The notes under the pieces were generated by a model. That model saw only the letters and a list, made by a program, of their open reading frames with translations. It did not search any database and was not told the origin of the DNA. Shown here piece after piece: positions 61,301 to 64,000 of a DNA stretch of 64,000 bases. Origin of the DNA: Anthoceros angustus (taxonomy: Eukaryota > Plantae > Anthocerotophyta). Both the position numbers and the translations under genes were made by a program. Each line of letters starts with the position of its first letter. Within the stretch, counting starts at the first letter, position 1. The stretch is taken from assembly GCA_010909165.1 (NCBI GenBank), contig VJWM01000126.1, forward strand, positions 682,001 through 746,000, read 5' to 3'.

Positions 61301-63297
61301 TGGACGTAGAACCTTATTTTGGAGCTACTGTCAACATCTCTATCTGGATTCAGAAAGTGTACCGTGTCACGCGATCCCCTGTTTTGTACCCAAATATGAC
61401 CAATGTCGGGAGCAGTGGAATCCTCTTTCCAGTCAGTTGCTACCATGTGACAGTAAGTGTTCTGACTGCAGCACACTTTCTCTATTCCTGTTTCTTTGCA
61501 ACAGCCGGCTCTTGACTGAAATTGGTGACTGTTGTCTGACAGTCAGAAGCCAACGAAACAGTCTGTGGGGCACTTGCTGCAAGCCGATATGCAATCGCTG
61601 CAACTGCGTTTCTTATGACCACAGTGCTACCTCTTATGGGTGTCACTCTCATATTGTGTGGTGTCCACATTTGGTGGCGGAAAAGGATGATGATGTTTTG
61701 TTGTCTGGTTTGTGTAGAGGTAAGGATTCTCACTGGCTGTCTCCAGTTACCTGTTTCCTTTCTGATGAGGTGAATTGTCAATCAACGTCATGGATCCTTC
61801 TGCTTCATGCAGGGCAATCCTGACCACGAGGAGGCCCCAGAGATGGTGACAGCTTTTGTCGTGGACCAGAAACGGCGGTTTGCTGCCGACGAAATGCGAC
61901 AGGAAGCAACACGTACCATGGAACTGAGGCTACGTCATTTCAACAGACAGCTTTTGGAACATGACATCTCCCACCAGCAACTGAAGAAGTACTATGCAGC
62001 ACGCCCTATTCCAACTCCAGTAGTCCGACGAAAGCTAGTGACCACAACGCCTGATGCTTCAAATCCAGAGGCATCAAGCATCTCTCAGGAGCAAAAACCT
62101 GAAGAAGATAATGCAGGCACGGATAAACTTGGCATGGAGGGAAGTGGCAAGGATGTGGTTGCTGTACGTAACTATATATCTCCATCCTCATTAAACGAGG
62201 AAGATGATATTCACCACTTAAGGTCGTCGTCCTTGATTGAGTTAGGCCACACTGAGGTAGTCACGTCTAGCAGCAGGAGCTTATCCCGACCTGCATCCAT
62301 CATCTCCACGTCTGCTTCCATTAGTGAAGTTGAGGAGGATGGGTCAGATACTATTGGTGGCCTGAGTCTACCCAGGTCTGGCTCTGCAAGTAGGGAACGG
62401 TTGTTTCGACCATCGCTGCAGCGAAGGGCCCCAGGGTCTTCCTTACGGGCTAAATCTTTGATGGTGATTGAAGAGGGTAGGAGCCTGATTGATATTTTAA
62501 AGGTTCAACAGGCTGAAATTGAAAGGCTGAAGTCTGCAGCATCAGTACAAGCGCCGGAGCGAGCAGTCACAACCGAGCCGACTTTCAAAGTGGGTACCCG
62601 AATGATAAATTTCAAAACTCCAAGTGTCGTTGCAGATGGCAGAGAGTTTACTATAGCAAAACAAAGTGAACAACAGTCAAGTAGTGTGAGCCGGATCTCA
62701 GGTGAGAAACCTAAGCCAGGTATCCTTCAGGGTTCAAATGCCGTCTCCGAGAGGTCTACAACGGCAAAAGGGGAAAATGTACCAGCTACCATATCCCAGG
62801 CGTTGCCAGAGTCAGGTGAGGACTACAAGGCTGATGTCATGCATTCTTCAGATATTGCCATAGCGACCGAGAGACCTGCAATAGAAGTAGATGGTGAAGA
62901 ACTAGCCACCACAAGTCAGACATCAGGTGGTGAAGAACTAGCCTCCACAAGTCAGACATCAGGGGTAAACCGAAATGCCAGTGGGAAAAATATAGAACCA
63001 AGTGAACAACCGCCAGCTACCACAACCCGGAGTTTTCTTCAATCAGTTCGAGGATTACTTCGAGCCTCGATGCTCACTCCTGAGAACCCGACCACAAGAA
63101 GCAGCGCATCTGCCGTAAACACTGAAATCTTAGCGGTGTCGGTAGCGGATTCTAAACGCGGGGACGTCGAAGGGAGTATAGCAGAGGTTCCCAAACCTGA
63201 GGTGAGAGCGGGTGTAGGAAAAGAGTCCGATCGTGCCGACGAAGAGCCGATAAGGTTGCGGCAGAAGCAAGTGACATTGCTAGAGACCGATGATTGA
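58332..63297 (+). CDS. CD36/SR-B/LIMP-2 family membrane protein with ~500-aa Ser/Glu-rich cytosolic tail, multi-exon
   Basis: N-terminal TM (IATLCFLSGFILMLTATL); WYFFNV..NPVFNM|LGPY; FMTRTVGEILYGYDDP; INTGARNISKLYWI; WLESWLRHVTL..HGLTTYKY; GVIDMT..SLPLFYRADP..MDVEPYFGATV; C-terminal TM plus Cys cluster (LILCGVHIWWRKRMMMFCCLVC). Last exon 61814-63297. Confidence 0.8.
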
Positions 63298-64000
63298 CAT
63301 TCTCTCGTTATGCACTTGTATTTGACCCGAATCAAAACCATGAATTGGCGGGACGGTTTGGTCCTTATGCAAATAAAAATGCATTGGCACAGGCGACAGT
63401 CTTAGACCGCCATTGAAACGTCCTCGCGACAGGCCTCTACAATTGACAACAAATAGTCGGCCCCTCTACACTCCCCCACCACCACTGTCCGATCCTCAAC
63501 AGTTCACGAGAGCTGATCCCATGACCTGCCATCACGCCAAACCGTCTCATACTGTCCTCCGCCCCTCGAGCAGAGGCTCCCGTTTTCTACCCCATGAGAC
63601 TTCAGTGTTGATCCTTCCTGGCAATATAACCAAACCAGCCTACTTGAATCTGCAGCCTTCTCAAGCCACTAGCAAAGACAAGCCAGCTACCGGCCACAAG
63701 ACAACTGAAAAACCAGGATCACCGAACGGAGAGTAAAAATCTAACCTGTGCAGCTTCACGAAAGGGGACTTCTCGGCCTGCTCAGCTGCAGATCCAGAAA
63801 GCATGTCAACCATCAGACCCTAGCAAGCGAGCAGCTCAGCTTTCACACAATCAAGTCGAATCATCGTGCCCTTGCAACTGCAGCTCAGAACACCCTTGCG
63901 TAACGCCTGCAAGGAAATCCTATGACCTAACCATGCAAATGACACAGATCGCCTCAGAATCTGTTTCACGAAGTCCAAGGCAAGCCTTACGTGTGAGCGC

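Noticed and set aside
63400-64000. 107-aa ORF at the window end
   Set aside because: No homology recognised; probably intergenic or part of a gene extending beyond the window.
1-64000. tRNA, rRNA or snRNA genes
   Set aside because: None recognised by eye; tRNAscan-SE or Infernal would be needed to exclude them.

Overview
Eukaryotic, intron-rich plant nuclear DNA. Short GT-AG introns, compact genes and GRP-ending DYW:KP PPR genes point to a hornwort (Anthoceros-like) or another seed-free plant; this is an inference. Recognisable genes in order: the 3' end of aconitase, cytosolic glutamine synthetase GS1, a field of decayed PPR fragments, a Ser-Pro4 extensin, and two tandem PLS-PPR-E-DYW:KP (GRP) putative U-to-C editing factors. 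These are followed by a TMEM185/Fragile-X-F-type transmembrane RING E3 ligase, NAR2/NRT3, a third PLS-PPR-E(+) gene, a small conserved plant protein, and a CD36/LIMP-2-family double-pass membrane protein with a long disordered tail. Interspersed are remnants of Ty3, hAT, Helitron and MULE/SWIM elements and of RLE-type (CRE-like) non-LTR retrotransposons, plus several local duplications. The most striking signal is that all three full-length PPR genes, from two divergent lineages (one intronless, one intron-split), carry an N-terminal OSB-type PDF ssDNA-binding motif (LW..FF.DP..WWDNR..K....xDF..K.....LWL). One GRP gene has a TALE-like array of near-identical P-L-S triplets that vary at the RNA-recognition code positions. 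The many 1-2 nt frameshifts confined to repetitive genes look like long-read consensus errors. Family assignments come from recalled motifs, not database searches.
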